Source: Candidatus Kaiserbacteria bacterium (GTDB taxonomy: Bacteria > Patescibacteriota > Minisyncoccia > Phycocordibacterales > Phycocordibacteraceae). Taken from it: a stretch of DNA of 25,829 bases. This document shows, piece after piece, positions 1 to 9,128 of the stretch. The DNA lies in the NCBI GenBank assembly GCA_023267775.1, contig JAHFMQ010000001.1, forward strand, positions 1 through 25,829, in the 5' to 3' direction. The stretch's first letter is position 1; each line of letters starts with the position of its first letter. The position numbers were made by a program, and so were the translations under genes. The notes below the pieces were generated by a model. It worked only from the letters and a program-made list of their open reading frames with translations, did no database searches and had not been told where the DNA came from.

Positions 1-82
1 CCCGGTGCTTAAGTGAATGTATATTCTAGTTCGAATCGTTCTTTAATATAGGCTTTAAACCTCAATGATAAAGGGGGTGTTT

Positions 83-619
83 ATGGGTGAGTTGACACTA
101 TCGCGTACGCCTTCCGGAATCAAAAAATCAGAGTCCAGGTACTGGATGACCGTCATGTCGGGGATGCATAACTCTCTGGATGAACTCCTCCGGGCAACTA
201 AGGAACACTCGCGTTACTTTGAGATTTCGGAGGCAGCATTGAGTGTTCTGGATCAAAACGCAATCGTGCTTTCGGCCAACATGAAGATCCTCAATCTTGC
301 GATCGTGTCCCCGAGACAACTGGGAATAATTGGTGTCGAATGTTACCACAACATAAAGTGTCGAGGGATTGCTGCCGGATTTTTACCCGGTAGCAATGAA
401 TTGCCATTTCTCATTTGTCGGCAATACCAACTGCAATCCATTGCGCATGATCTAACAATTTCCACAGAACAAACATTTGCGGGCGTGAAAAATAAGCCGC
501 ATCTATTTACGGTGTACCGGGACGAGCACAAGATACGTCTTGATGCTCGAGAGGTACCTCCGTCAATGAGAATCTTTTCCCCTGACACCCCGCTTGTTTG
601 GGTTAAACCTCAACGTTAG
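83..619 (+). CDS. Hypothetical protein (alternative start 65); resembles an uncharacterised family common in CPR
   Basis: Open frame to TAG at 617-619. SD-like AAGGGGGTG at 71-79 precedes ATG 83. Followed by a strong terminator hairpin. No catalytic motif recognised. Confidence 0.7.
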   Translation: MGELTLSRTPSGIKKSESRYWMTVMSGMHNSLDELLRATKEHSRYFEISEAALSVLDQNAIVLSANMKILNLAIVSPRQLGIIGVECYHNIKCRGIAAGFLPGSNELPFLICRQYQLQSIAHDLTISTEQTFAGVKNKPHLFTVYRDEHKIRLDAREVPPSMRIFSPDTPLVWVKPQR

Positions 620-621
620 AT

Positions 622-663
622 GAGCGGCCAGAATCCGTTTGGATTCTGGCCGCTCTATTTTTA
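622..663 (+). terminator. Intrinsic terminator hairpin
   Basis: Perfect 15-bp stem GAGCGGCCAGAATCC (622-636) / GGATTCTGGCCGCTC (641-655), loop GTTT, followed by TATTTTTA, directly after the upstream stop codon. Confidence 0.85.
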
Positions 664-672
664 TGGTACTTT
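664..672 (+). promoter_or_regulatory. Putative extended -10 promoter of aspS
   Basis: TGGTACTTT matches TGnTAnnnT, 9 nt upstream of ATG 682; no SD. Confidence 0.5.
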
Positions 673-681
673 ATACGATAT

Positions 682-2073
682 ATGCAGGGCAGAATACTTG
701 TTGCCGATTTGGGCAATCATATTGGAGAATTAGTCTCGATTTCGGGCTGGGTCGACGTGCGACGTGATCAGGGCAAGATGGTCTTTTTTGATTTCCGCGA
801 CCGCAGTGGTTTGGTACAGGGAGTCGTACTCCCGAAAAGTCCTGCGATGGAAATCGCGAAAGATATTCGTAACGAATACGTCGTTCGTGTTGAAGGTCTC
901 GTGAATAAGCGGCCAGAAAAGAACGTGCAAGCTGATCGGCAAAATGGCGATATTGAGCTTGAGATACAGACCATTGAAATCCTGAACCCATCGGAGCCGA
1001 TGCCGTTTGATATTTCGGGAGATACAAGCGGTATTGATGAAAATGTCCGCGCAGAATACCGCTACCTCGATCTTCGCTCAAAACGCATGCAAAAAAATAT
1101 GCGCGTACGGAGCGAATTCATCAGACGGTGTCGAGAATATTTGTTTGCAAATGATTTTACGGAAATTGAAACGCCGCTTCTCACTGAATCAACGCCTGAA
1201 GGCTCACGCGATTTCGTTGTGCCTTCGCGCCTGCATCCCGGCAAGTTCTATGCGCTTCCACAATCGCCTCAACAATATAAACAACTTCTCATGACCGCTG
1301 GGTTCGAACGTTACTTCCAAATAGCGCGCGCGGTGCGAGATGAGGACCTGCGCGCCGATCGCGGCTTTGAGCATACCCAGCTTGATCTTGAAATGTCATT
1401 CGTGACTATGGATGATGTGATGGCAGCCGTAGAAGATATGGTAACGACGGTCGTTGAGGCAATGGGCTACACGATACAACAAAAACCATTTCCGCGTATT
1501 TCATACAAAGACGCAATGGAAAAATATGGCGCCGATAAATTTGATCTACGTACCGAGAATGAAAAAACTGCAAAAGTGCTTGCCTACGCATGGGTTGTGA
1601 ACTTCCCATTTTTTGAGAAGACAGACGAGGGCGAATGGACTTTCACTCATAATCCGTTCTCGATGCCAATTCCTGAACATCTTGAATGGCTCATGAAGGG
1701 CGAACATATCGGCGACATATTAACGACGCAATACGATCTCGTTTGTAATGGCTTTGAGACAGGCGGGGGCTCGATTCGCGCGCATAAACCCGAAATTCTT
1801 GAAGCGGTTTACAAGGTCATGGGCTTTTCAAATGAGGGACTTGAGGAGCGCGTGGGGCATATGTTGAAAGCATTTCGACACGGCACACCACCACATGGCG
1901 GCATTGCCCTTGGCATCGAACGCATGGTCATGAATCTTACTGGCGAGACATATCTGCGCGAGGTCCAAGCATTTCCCATGACGCGTGGCGGCCAGACATC
2001 CGTCATGAAGGCGCCAAAACCTTTAACTGAGAAGCAATTGAAAGAGCTCGGTCTCAAAATCGACAAAAAATAG
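682..2073 (+). CDS. aspS: Aspartate--tRNA ligase, short form lacking the GAD insertion domain
   Basis: N-terminal OB fold (GWVDVRRDQG..FFDFRDRSG), RYLDLR, motif 1 (EIETP..STPEGSRDF), LPQSPQQYKQLLM, motif 2 (FQIARAVRDEDLRADR), motif 3 (PPHGGIALGIER). Confidence 0.95.
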   Translation: MQGRILVADLGNHIGELVSISGWVDVRRDQGKMVFFDFRDRSGLVQGVVLPKSPAMEIAKDIRNEYVVRVEGLVNKRPEKNVQADRQNGDIELEIQTIEILNPSEPMPFDISGDTSGIDENVRAEYRYLDLRSKRMQKNMRVRSEFIRRCREYLFANDFTEIETPLLTESTPEGSRDFVVPSRLHPGKFYALPQSPQQYKQLLMTAGFERYFQIARAVRDEDLRADRGFEHTQLDLEMSFVTMDDVMAAVEDMVTTVVEAMGYTIQQKPFPRISYKDAMEKYGADKFDLRTENEKTAKVLAYAWVVNFPFFEKTDEGEWTFTHNPFSMPIPEHLEWLMKGEHIGDILTTQYDLVCNGFETGGGSIRAHKPEILEAVYKVMGFSNEGLEERVGHMLKAFRHGTPPHGGIALGIERMVMNLTGETYLREVQAFPMTRGGQTSVMKAPKPLTEKQLKELGLKIDKK

Positions 2074-2077
2074 TTCG

Positions 2078-3493
2078 ATGGAAATTGATTTTAAAAGGGG
2101 GAGTATCGAACATACACCGCATGGATATGCGCGCGTCCAGATTACTGAGAAATCGAAAGGAACGAAATGTCTTGTAAAAGAAGGGGACAGCGAAATTCTT
2201 GAAATCGGCGCTGGAAAGTTTGCCGATATGAATTTGAGAAAGTTCATAATCCTCTGTCGTTCAATCGTGAGCGCGGCAAAAGCTAATAAATCAAAAAAGA
2301 TTGCACTTCAGTTTGACCGTACATCAGAACTTTTTAAAAACCTGCAGGCGGTCCCTCCTGAACATATTTCTCAGCTTGCAGCTGAAAATTTCGAAATGGC
2401 TAATTTCGAATTTAACGTATTCAAAACGAAACCAAAGGAAGGCTGGAACATAGTCGAAGAAATCTTTTTGTACGGGAAGTCTTCTCCGTCAATCGAAAAG
2501 GCAGTGAAGAAGGGTCAGGAGATAGGGAGGGCGGTTAATGCTTGCCGAACACTTTCCAACACGCCTGGTGGCGATATCACTCCAACATCGCTCGCACAGG
2601 CCGCTAAGAAAGCCATGAAGGGGTTGCCGGTACGAGTGACCACACTGCACACAAAAGAGATGCAGAAACTTGGAATGGGTGCTCTTTTAGGGGTTGCTAA
2701 AGGTTCGAGTGAAGCGCCGACGTTTACAATCCTTGAGTATAAAGGCGGCAAAGGAGCTCCTGTCGTGCTGGCAGGCAAAGGCGTCACCTTTGATAGCGGA
2801 GGGCTCAATTTAAAACCTTCAAACGGCATATATGAGATGCATATGGACATGTCTGGGGCTGCCGCGGTTATTCATGCAGTAGCTCTGGCGGCACGACTAA
2901 AACTCAAAACATCGGTCATCGGTCTCATCCCTGCGGTTGAAAATATGCCAGGGAATAATGCTTATCGACCAGGGGATATATTGAAGTCTCTTTCCGGAAA
3001 AACAATTGAAGTGTTAAACACCGATGCGGAAGGACGACTTATCCTTGCCGATGCGCTTACGTATGCAAAGCGATTCAAACCGTCTGTCGTGATCGATGTC
3101 GCAACGCTTACAGGCGCGGCGCTTTCCGCACTCGGACTTCACGCAAGCGCTCTCTTAACTCGCGATGATAATCTTGCCGAAAAAATTGCTCAGGATGCTG
3201 AAACTTCAGGTGATTATGTATGGAGGCTTCCATTATGGGATGAATATGAAGAGGGCGTGAAGGGCACATTTGCAGATCTCGCGAATGCAGGGAATGGAAG
3301 CTCCGCCCGCTACGGAGGCGCGATTGAGGGCGGTATGTTTCTCTGGCAATTTGCAAAAGAACTGGAATGTCCGTGGGCGCATCTCGATATCGCACCGCGT
3401 ATGACCGCAGCACCGCAAGATGAACTTGCCAAAGGTGCTGTCGGCGCTCCAGTCCGTCTCCTGATAAGATTTATAGAACAATGGAAACCGTAG
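2078..3493 (+). CDS. pepA: Leucyl aminopeptidase, M17 family
   Basis: GKGVTFDSGG, MHMDMSGAA, NTDAEGRLILAD, ATLTGA and HLDIA motifs. Confidence 0.95.
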   Translation: MEIDFKRGSIEHTPHGYARVQITEKSKGTKCLVKEGDSEILEIGAGKFADMNLRKFIILCRSIVSAAKANKSKKIALQFDRTSELFKNLQAVPPEHISQLAAENFEMANFEFNVFKTKPKEGWNIVEEIFLYGKSSPSIEKAVKKGQEIGRAVNACRTLSNTPGGDITPTSLAQAAKKAMKGLPVRVTTLHTKEMQKLGMGALLGVAKGSSEAPTFTILEYKGGKGAPVVLAGKGVTFDSGGLNLKPSNGIYEMHMDMSGAAAVIHAVALAARLKLKTSVIGLIPAVENMPGNNAYRPGDILKSLSGKTIEVLNTDAEGRLILADALTYAKRFKPSVVIDVATLTGAALSALGLHASALLTRDDNLAEKIAQDAETSGDYVWRLPLWDEYEEGVKGTFADLANAGNGSSARYGGAIEGGMFLWQFAKELECPWAHLDIAPRMTAAPQDELAKGAVGAPVRLLIRFIEQWKP

Positions 3494-4224
3494 TTCCCAA
3501 AACTGGATTCTCAATAAAAACAGCCTCGTACGAAGGTCCATTTGAAATACTTCTCGACCTTATTGAAGCGCGCAAACTGTTAGTCAATGAACTTGCCCTC
3601 GCAAACATTACCGAAGAGTACGTTCAGCATGTACGTGCCCAGGAAACTTTCCCTGTTGAAGAAACCGCAAATTTTATCCAGATTGCTGCGACGCTCCTAC
3701 TCATCAAATCAAAGTCGCTTATTCCGGACCTCGAGTTAACTGACGAGGAGAACGCCGATGTTGAAGATTTGAAACGACGTCTTGCGGCATACGAGAAAGT
3801 CCGTAGCGCGGCACGAGAACTTGCGCGAATATATGGTAAGCGGGTCATGGTACCAGCGGGGGAGCGTGCGCCAGAAGTCTCTTTTTCGCCCTCACAAGAT
3901 TTGTCTGCCGCGGCTCTAGCGACAGCACTCGCACGAGTTCTCGCTGCCCGTGAAGCTGTTGAAATACTCCCCGAAGTCCACGTAAAGCCGCTTGTGACAA
4001 TTGAAGAAATGATGGACCGTCTCGCTAAACGCGTTGAAAGCGCACTAACACTTTCGTTCAAAGAATTTGCCGGAGGGACGAAAGAGAAGGTAGAGGTTAT
4101 CGTTTCCTTCCTCGCGCTTCTTGAGCTTGTAAAACAGGGCGCGGTCGCCGCTGAGCAGTATGATGTTCACGGAGATATTCGTATCAGCCATACTGCGCCG
4201 GCGTCCGTTCCACGTTATGGATAG
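3481..4224 (+). CDS. scpA: Segregation/condensation protein A (kleisin)
   Basis: YEGPFEILLDLI, AATLLLIKSKSLIP, C-terminal VSFLALLELVK; adjacent to scpB. Confidence 0.92.
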   Translation: METVVPKTGFSIKTASYEGPFEILLDLIEARKLLVNELALANITEEYVQHVRAQETFPVEETANFIQIAATLLLIKSKSLIPDLELTDEENADVEDLKRRLAAYEKVRSAARELARIYGKRVMVPAGERAPEVSFSPSQDLSAAALATALARVLAAREAVEILPEVHVKPLVTIEEMMDRLAKRVESALTLSFKEFAGGTKEKVEVIVSFLALLELVKQGAVAAEQYDVHGDIRISHTAPASVPRYG

Positions 4225-4227
4225 ATG

Positions 4228-4236
4228 TTTTCCACA
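4228..4236 (+). promoter_or_regulatory. Possible single DnaA box
   Basis: TTTTCCACA matches TTWTNCACA in the short scpA-scpB spacer; a single copy, so it may be chance. Confidence 0.25.
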
Positions 4237-4284
4237 AAAATAACCGCTGTTCCATCTTATAGATAGTACGTTATGATGTGGAGA

Positions 4285-4845
4285 ATGCTTACTCCTCCAG
4301 CCGCTCTCCATGCGCTCCTTTTCGCCTCGGGCGAACCTCTTAAAAAAAAGCAGTTAGCTACACTTCTTAACCTGAAAGAAGAGGAATTAACTGTAGTAAT
4401 TGCCGCTCTTAACAAATTGCTTGCCGGAAGCGGCATTGCTCTCATTGAGACTTCTGCCGAACTCGAATTACGAACGGCTCCTGAAGCCGCTAGTCTTGTA
4501 AAGAAACTCCGCGAAAGCGAGCTCTCACGTGATCTGGGGGCGGCCAGTCTAGAGACGCTTGCGGTCATAGCCTACCAAGATGGATCGACCCGCTCTGAAA
4601 TTGATTGGGTACGAGGAGTTAATTCTTCGACATCACTCCGCAATCTTCTGTTGAGGGGTCTTATTGAGGGGAAGGAAGACGAGCGAGATAAGCGCCGTAT
4701 TCGTTACAATCTCACAACCGAGGCACTAGCTCATTTGGGTATTACAAATGCGAGTCAACTTCCTCGAGCAGAGGAATTACGAGCTGCAGCTGCGCAAATT
4801 ATTGAGGAAGAAGCGAAAGAGACCGCTCAAGCAGAAGTAGCTTAA
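4285..4845 (+). CDS. scpB: Segregation/condensation protein B (alternative start 4273)
   Basis: ALLFASGEPL, LETLAVIAY, TRSEIDWVRGVNS, L..RGLI, Y.LT...L.HLG motifs. The -10 box TATGAT (4272-4277) overlaps the first ATG, favouring ATG 4285. Confidence 0.92.
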   Translation: MLTPPAALHALLFASGEPLKKKQLATLLNLKEEELTVVIAALNKLLAGSGIALIETSAELELRTAPEAASLVKKLRESELSRDLGAASLETLAVIAYQDGSTRSEIDWVRGVNSSTSLRNLLLRGLIEGKEDERDKRRIRYNLTTEALAHLGITNASQLPRAEELRAAAAQIIEEEAKETAQAEVA

Positions 4846-4855
4846 GTTACTGAGT

Positions 4856-5806
4856 ATGGATACTGTTGATTTACAAAAACTTGCAACGCGGACTCGGTAT
4901 ATGCGTGAGACAAGTGTCGCGCTGCTTGTATCAGTAGGGCTTCTTGTTGTATTTCTTTTCATACCACTTAAAACGCAAAATGTTTCGTCGGAGCCGACAG
5001 TGATTGTCGCAACCTCGACGATTCCGAACGCATTTGCTCAGATTCCGCTCGAAGCTAAAGCAGCTATTGTCTACGACCTTGCATTTGGGACAACGTTATA
5101 TGAGAAAAACGCAGATGCACAACTTCCGCTCGCTTCCTTAACCAAACTTTTGACGGTGTATGCGGCACTGACCGAACTGGCACCACATACCCCTATTACT
5201 ATTTCAACGGAAGCGACCCATCTCGATGGCCCGCACGCTTTTACCAAAGGTCAGACTTTTACACTTTCTGATCTAGCGCGACTCACGCTCGTAGCATCTC
5301 TTAATGACGGGGCAGCGGCCATCGCACTTGAAACTGCAGCACGAAAAAATGTTTCCCCTCAGCAAGCGCTTGCAGGAACGGCAGCGGCACTGTCCCTATC
5401 TCAAACCTATGCGGTGAATGGCAATGGGCTTGATGTTAATCCAGCGATTTCTGGCGGTTATGGCTCAGCTCACGATCTTGCTCGACTCGCCGGCGCACTA
5501 CTTAAAAAAGCTCCCGATATCGCCTCTGCAACGACTCAAGATTTCGCACAAGCAGCATCCCTGGCGGGAACTATATTCAAGGTTAAAAATACCGATCCTA
5601 TAGTGGGTACCATTCCACGGCTTCTTTTGTCAAAAACTGGTTTTACTGATCTTGCTGGCGGAAATCTTGTACTCGTATTTGATGCGGGGATCCAGCACCC
5701 GATTGCTGTGGTCGTACTCGGATCTTCAATGAAGGCTCGCTTCACGGACGGCAGTGCACTTGTTGCTGCGACAATTGCACACTTTGCCGGAGTACAGTCT
5801 TTATGA
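4856..5806 (+). CDS. D-alanyl-D-alanine carboxypeptidase (peptidase S11, low-MW PBP) with N-terminal membrane anchor
   Basis: SxxK (ASLTK), SxN (SLN) and KTG (SKTGFT..AG) motifs; N-terminal hydrophobic helix. Confidence 0.88.
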   Translation: MDTVDLQKLATRTRYMRETSVALLVSVGLLVVFLFIPLKTQNVSSEPTVIVATSTIPNAFAQIPLEAKAAIVYDLAFGTTLYEKNADAQLPLASLTKLLTVYAALTELAPHTPITISTEATHLDGPHAFTKGQTFTLSDLARLTLVASLNDGAAAIALETAARKNVSPQQALAGTAAALSLSQTYAVNGNGLDVNPAISGGYGSAHDLARLAGALLKKAPDIASATTQDFAQAASLAGTIFKVKNTDPIVGTIPRLLLSKTGFTDLAGGNLVLVFDAGIQHPIAVVVLGSSMKARFTDGSALVAATIAHFAGVQSL

Positions 5807-6867
5807 TCACCTCAAATCTGATCAAAATATTTATTCCAGCAACCTCCGCGTTTGTTATTGGAATCCTTTTTGCACCAATTCTGACTCATTATTTGTATAA
5901 GCATCGGGTCTGGAAGAAAACAAAAGGGAAGATTGCCCTCGATGGCACAACGGCGGTTGAGTTCGAAAAACTTCGCACAAGTGAAGAAACTTCAACACCT
6001 CGAATGGGTGGGATTCTTATTTGGGTGAGTGTGATTATTGTGACGGTTGGTACATGGGTGCTTGCGCGGATTTTCCCGACGTCCTTGTTTGAAAAACTTG
6101 ATTTCTTGAGTCGAAGTCAAACGTGGATTCCACTGTTTTCTCTTTTGGCCGGAGCTCTTATGGGGTTTGTAAATGACTTACTTGATATTCAGCCTTCGGG
6201 TGAGCGTGGTGTGCGTCTACGCACACGACTTCTTTTTGTTACCGTCATTTCTCTCATCATTGGTTGGTGGTTTTACGCAAAACTTGGTATTACCGCAATT
6301 GGAATTCCGGGGGACGGCGGACTTGAGATAGGGGTACTTGTGATTCCTCTCTTTGTTTTTACATCACTTGGTCTCTACGCGGGAGGTGTCATCGATGGTA
6401 TTGATGGACTCGCGGGCGGAGTTCTCAGTTCAGCTTTCATGGCATATGCGGGTATAGCATATCTTCAAAATCAACTAAACGTCGCAGCGTTTTCAGCGAC
6501 CGTCACCGGAGCCATACTCGCGTTTCTCTGGTTCAATATCCCGCCTGCGCGATTTTGGATGACCGAAACAGGCACGATGGGGCTTACTATGACGCTTGCG
6601 GTTATAGCATTTATGACAGACACACTGGGAAATGGTTATGGGGTCGCGGCGCTTCCCGTCATTGCATTTCCGCTTGTCATTACGGTTCTCTCAAACGTTA
6701 TACAAATCGCTTCAAAAAAGTTTCGAGGGAAAAAAGTATTTCGTATTGCGCCACTGCACCACCATTTTGAAGCAATTGGATGGCCGTCTTACAAGGTCAC
6801 GATGCGCTACTGGATTATTTCAATTGTGTGCGCCGTACTTGGAACGACTATCGCCCTTCTGAAATAG
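5803..6867 (+). CDS. mraY: Phospho-MurNAc-pentapeptide transferase (MraY family), divergent active site
   Basis: TPRMGG, DGIDGLA, WFNIPPA, FRIAPLHHHFE..GW motifs; polytopic membrane protein upstream of ftsW-murG. Confidence 0.88.
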   Translation: MITSNLIKIFIPATSAFVIGILFAPILTHYLYKHRVWKKTKGKIALDGTTAVEFEKLRTSEETSTPRMGGILIWVSVIIVTVGTWVLARIFPTSLFEKLDFLSRSQTWIPLFSLLAGALMGFVNDLLDIQPSGERGVRLRTRLLFVTVISLIIGWWFYAKLGITAIGIPGDGGLEIGVLVIPLFVFTSLGLYAGGVIDGIDGLAGGVLSSAFMAYAGIAYLQNQLNVAAFSATVTGAILAFLWFNIPPARFWMTETGTMGLTMTLAVIAFMTDTLGNGYGVAALPVIAFPLVITVLSNVIQIASKKFRGKKVFRIAPLHHHFEAIGWPSYKVTMRYWIISIVCAVLGTTIALLK

Positions 6868-6868
6868 T

Positions 6869-7966
6869 ATGAAAATTATTTCCGGCGATCGCATCCTTCT
6901 CATGCTGGTGTTAGTGAGCGCCTTTGCGGGCTTTGCAATCTTTGCATCGGCAGAACTTGGTCTCCTTGCTCGGGAAAGTAGTTCGATATCTCGAGACATT
7001 ATGTTGCAGGCTGGTCTCGGGCTCGGAATAGGGTTTTTGGCTCTTTTTTTTACCCGATCTGTTTCTTTAACAATCGTAAAACGTTTCGCCCCTTATATCT
7101 ACGTGCTCACTATTCTTTTTACATTATGCGTTTTTATACCGGGCATTGGATTACACGCAAATGGCGCAACTCGTTGGGTTAATTTTGGTTTTACTACGGT
7201 ACAACCAGCTGAGTTTTTAAAAATAGGTTTCGTGCTTGTGCTTGCGTGGTGGCTCGCATCTCATGCACAGCAACTCTCTAATCCGAAGAAAGGGTTATTA
7301 CCGTTTTTAGGCCTCCTTATTATACCGGCAGTTGTTTTGGCGATACAGCCGAATAATTCTATGATGCTGCTCATTCTTTTGACTGGTATGGTGATGTATT
7401 TTGCCGCCGGGGCACCATGGCGAGATTTTCAGTTTCTTGCGGCCGGAGTAATTATCGCCTTCGCAGTTATTGTCATAGCACGACCATACGTACTTGAGCG
7501 CATTAAAACCTTTATCAACCCGTCAGCAAATTCCCTTAACAGCGGCTACCAGATACAGCAGTCACTAATTGCAATTGGTTCGGGTGGTCTTTTTGGAAGG
7601 GGGCTTGGCCAAAGCGTTGAAAAATTTAATTACTTACCAGAACCTGAGGGAGACTCCATTTTTGCTGTCTACGCTGAAGAGACAGGATTTATTGGAGCAT
7701 TTATTCTACTTGCGCTTCTTGTGGCTTTTGCGGCGCGGGGAATTGTTATTGCCGGGCATTCTCATGACCTCTTTGGTGGGTGCGTTGCGCTCGGTTTTTC
7801 TTTTATGATTATCCTGCAGGCGTTTATAAATATTTCGGCCATGCTTGGTATCATTCCGCTTACAGGATTACCGTTACCGTTCGTTTCTCGTGGTGGAACA
7901 TCGCTCGTAGCCATTCTTACCATGTGCGGCTTCATTCTAAATGTTGCCGCTCATAGAAGGGCATAA
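6869..7966 (+). CDS. ftsW: SEDS-family peptidoglycan glycosyltransferase FtsW/RodA
   Basis: GATRW, QPAEFLK, GYQIQQSLIAIGSGG, LPEPEGDSIF, GLPLPFVS.GGTS; position between mraY and murG favours FtsW. Confidence 0.88.
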   Translation: MKIISGDRILLMLVLVSAFAGFAIFASAELGLLARESSSISRDIMLQAGLGLGIGFLALFFTRSVSLTIVKRFAPYIYVLTILFTLCVFIPGIGLHANGATRWVNFGFTTVQPAEFLKIGFVLVLAWWLASHAQQLSNPKKGLLPFLGLLIIPAVVLAIQPNNSMMLLILLTGMVMYFAAGAPWRDFQFLAAGVIIAFAVIVIARPYVLERIKTFINPSANSLNSGYQIQQSLIAIGSGGLFGRGLGQSVEKFNYLPEPEGDSIFAVYAEETGFIGAFILLALLVAFAARGIVIAGHSHDLFGGCVALGFSFMIILQAFINISAMLGIIPLTGLPLPFVSRGGTSLVAILTMCGFILNVAAHRRA

Positions 7967-7969
7967 AAC

Positions 7970-7978
7970 TGATACAAT
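7970..7978 (+). promoter_or_regulatory. Putative extended -10 promoter of murG
   Basis: TGATACAAT 10 nt upstream of ATG 7989; the identical 9-mer lies upstream of dnaB. Confidence 0.55.
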
Positions 7979-7988
7979 TAAGGCAATT

Positions 7989-9128
7989 ATGATTATAGTG
8001 TTTACCGGCGGTGGAACAGGAGGGCATTTCTATCCGATTATCGCGATAACCGAAGCTCTTAGTGATATTGTGCGCGAAAAACGGCTGATTGCTCCATCAC
8101 TCTATTACCTCGCACCAAATTCTTTTGACGACAACGCCCTTTTCGAGAATGGTATTAGCTATGTTCATATTCCGGCAGGGAAAATGCGCCGGTACGCTTC
8201 GGTGCGTAACATCACTGACATCTTCCTTACTTTTATTGGCACTATTTCAGCCTTAATTACCTTATTCCGTCTCTATCCGGACGTTGTCGTAAGTAAGGGT
8301 GGTTACGGTAGCGTTCCTACCGTTCTTGCGGCTCGACTCCTGCGGATCCCTATCGTCATTCATGAATCTGACGCAAAACCAGGCCGAGCAAATCTGCTTG
8401 CTGCGAAATTTGCTCAGAAAATTGCTATCTCTTTTGAGGGAGCAGCACAATATTTTCCTGAAAAGGTGCGCGGCAAGATCGCTCGCACCGGTATTCCTAT
8501 CCGCAAAGATCTTATGCGACTTGAGACTGAAGGCGCGCAGCAATACCTCAAACTTGAGACGGATATTCCAACCGTTCTTATCCTCGGCGGCTCACAGGGC
8601 GCCATGAAAATAAATGAGATCGTTCTCTCAGCGGTAGAGCGCCTTGTCTCATTTGCAAATATTATTCACCAGACAGGACGTGCAAACTTCAAGAACGTGG
8701 AGGCAATTTCAAAGGTCGTTCTTGGTAAAAACTCCCATGGGAGTCGGTACCACCCCATCGACTATCTGTCCGAAGTTTCTCTCCAGCGGGCTGCAGGTGT
8801 TGCCAATATTGTCGTTTCGCGAGCGGGCGCAAATTCCATCGCAGAGATTGGCCTCTGGAAAAGGCCAGCTATCCTTATCCCCATTCCTGAATCAGTAAGT
8901 CATGATCAAAGAACAAATGCGTACGCATACGCGAAAACAGGCGCTGCCATTGTGCTTGATGAAGAAAATTTGACCCCGCACATTCTCGTATCAGAAATTG
9001 AACGTATCCTAAACGACCCTGAACTTGCGAAGCGTATGAGTAACTCTGCAGAAGGTTTTACCGATCCAGATGCTGCACGGATTCTTGCAACTGAAGTATT
9101 AGCGATAGCGTTGTCTCACGAATCATGA
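7989..9128 (+). CDS. murG: Lipid II N-acetylglucosaminyltransferase MurG (ORF-track start 7941 is probably too early)
   Basis: TGGGTGGH, KGGYGS.P, HESD..PGRAN, GGSQGA, SRAGA, HDQRTNA motifs. Confidence 0.95.
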   Translation: MIIVFTGGGTGGHFYPIIAITEALSDIVREKRLIAPSLYYLAPNSFDDNALFENGISYVHIPAGKMRRYASVRNITDIFLTFIGTISALITLFRLYPDVVVSKGGYGSVPTVLAARLLRIPIVIHESDAKPGRANLLAAKFAQKIAISFEGAAQYFPEKVRGKIARTGIPIRKDLMRLETEGAQQYLKLETDIPTVLILGGSQGAMKINEIVLSAVERLVSFANIIHQTGRANFKNVEAISKVVLGKNSHGSRYHPIDYLSEVSLQRAAGVANIVVSRAGANSIAEIGLWKRPAILIPIPESVSHDQRTNAYAYAKTGAAIVLDEENLTPHILVSEIERILNDPELAKRMSNSAEGFTDPDAARILATEVLAIALSHES

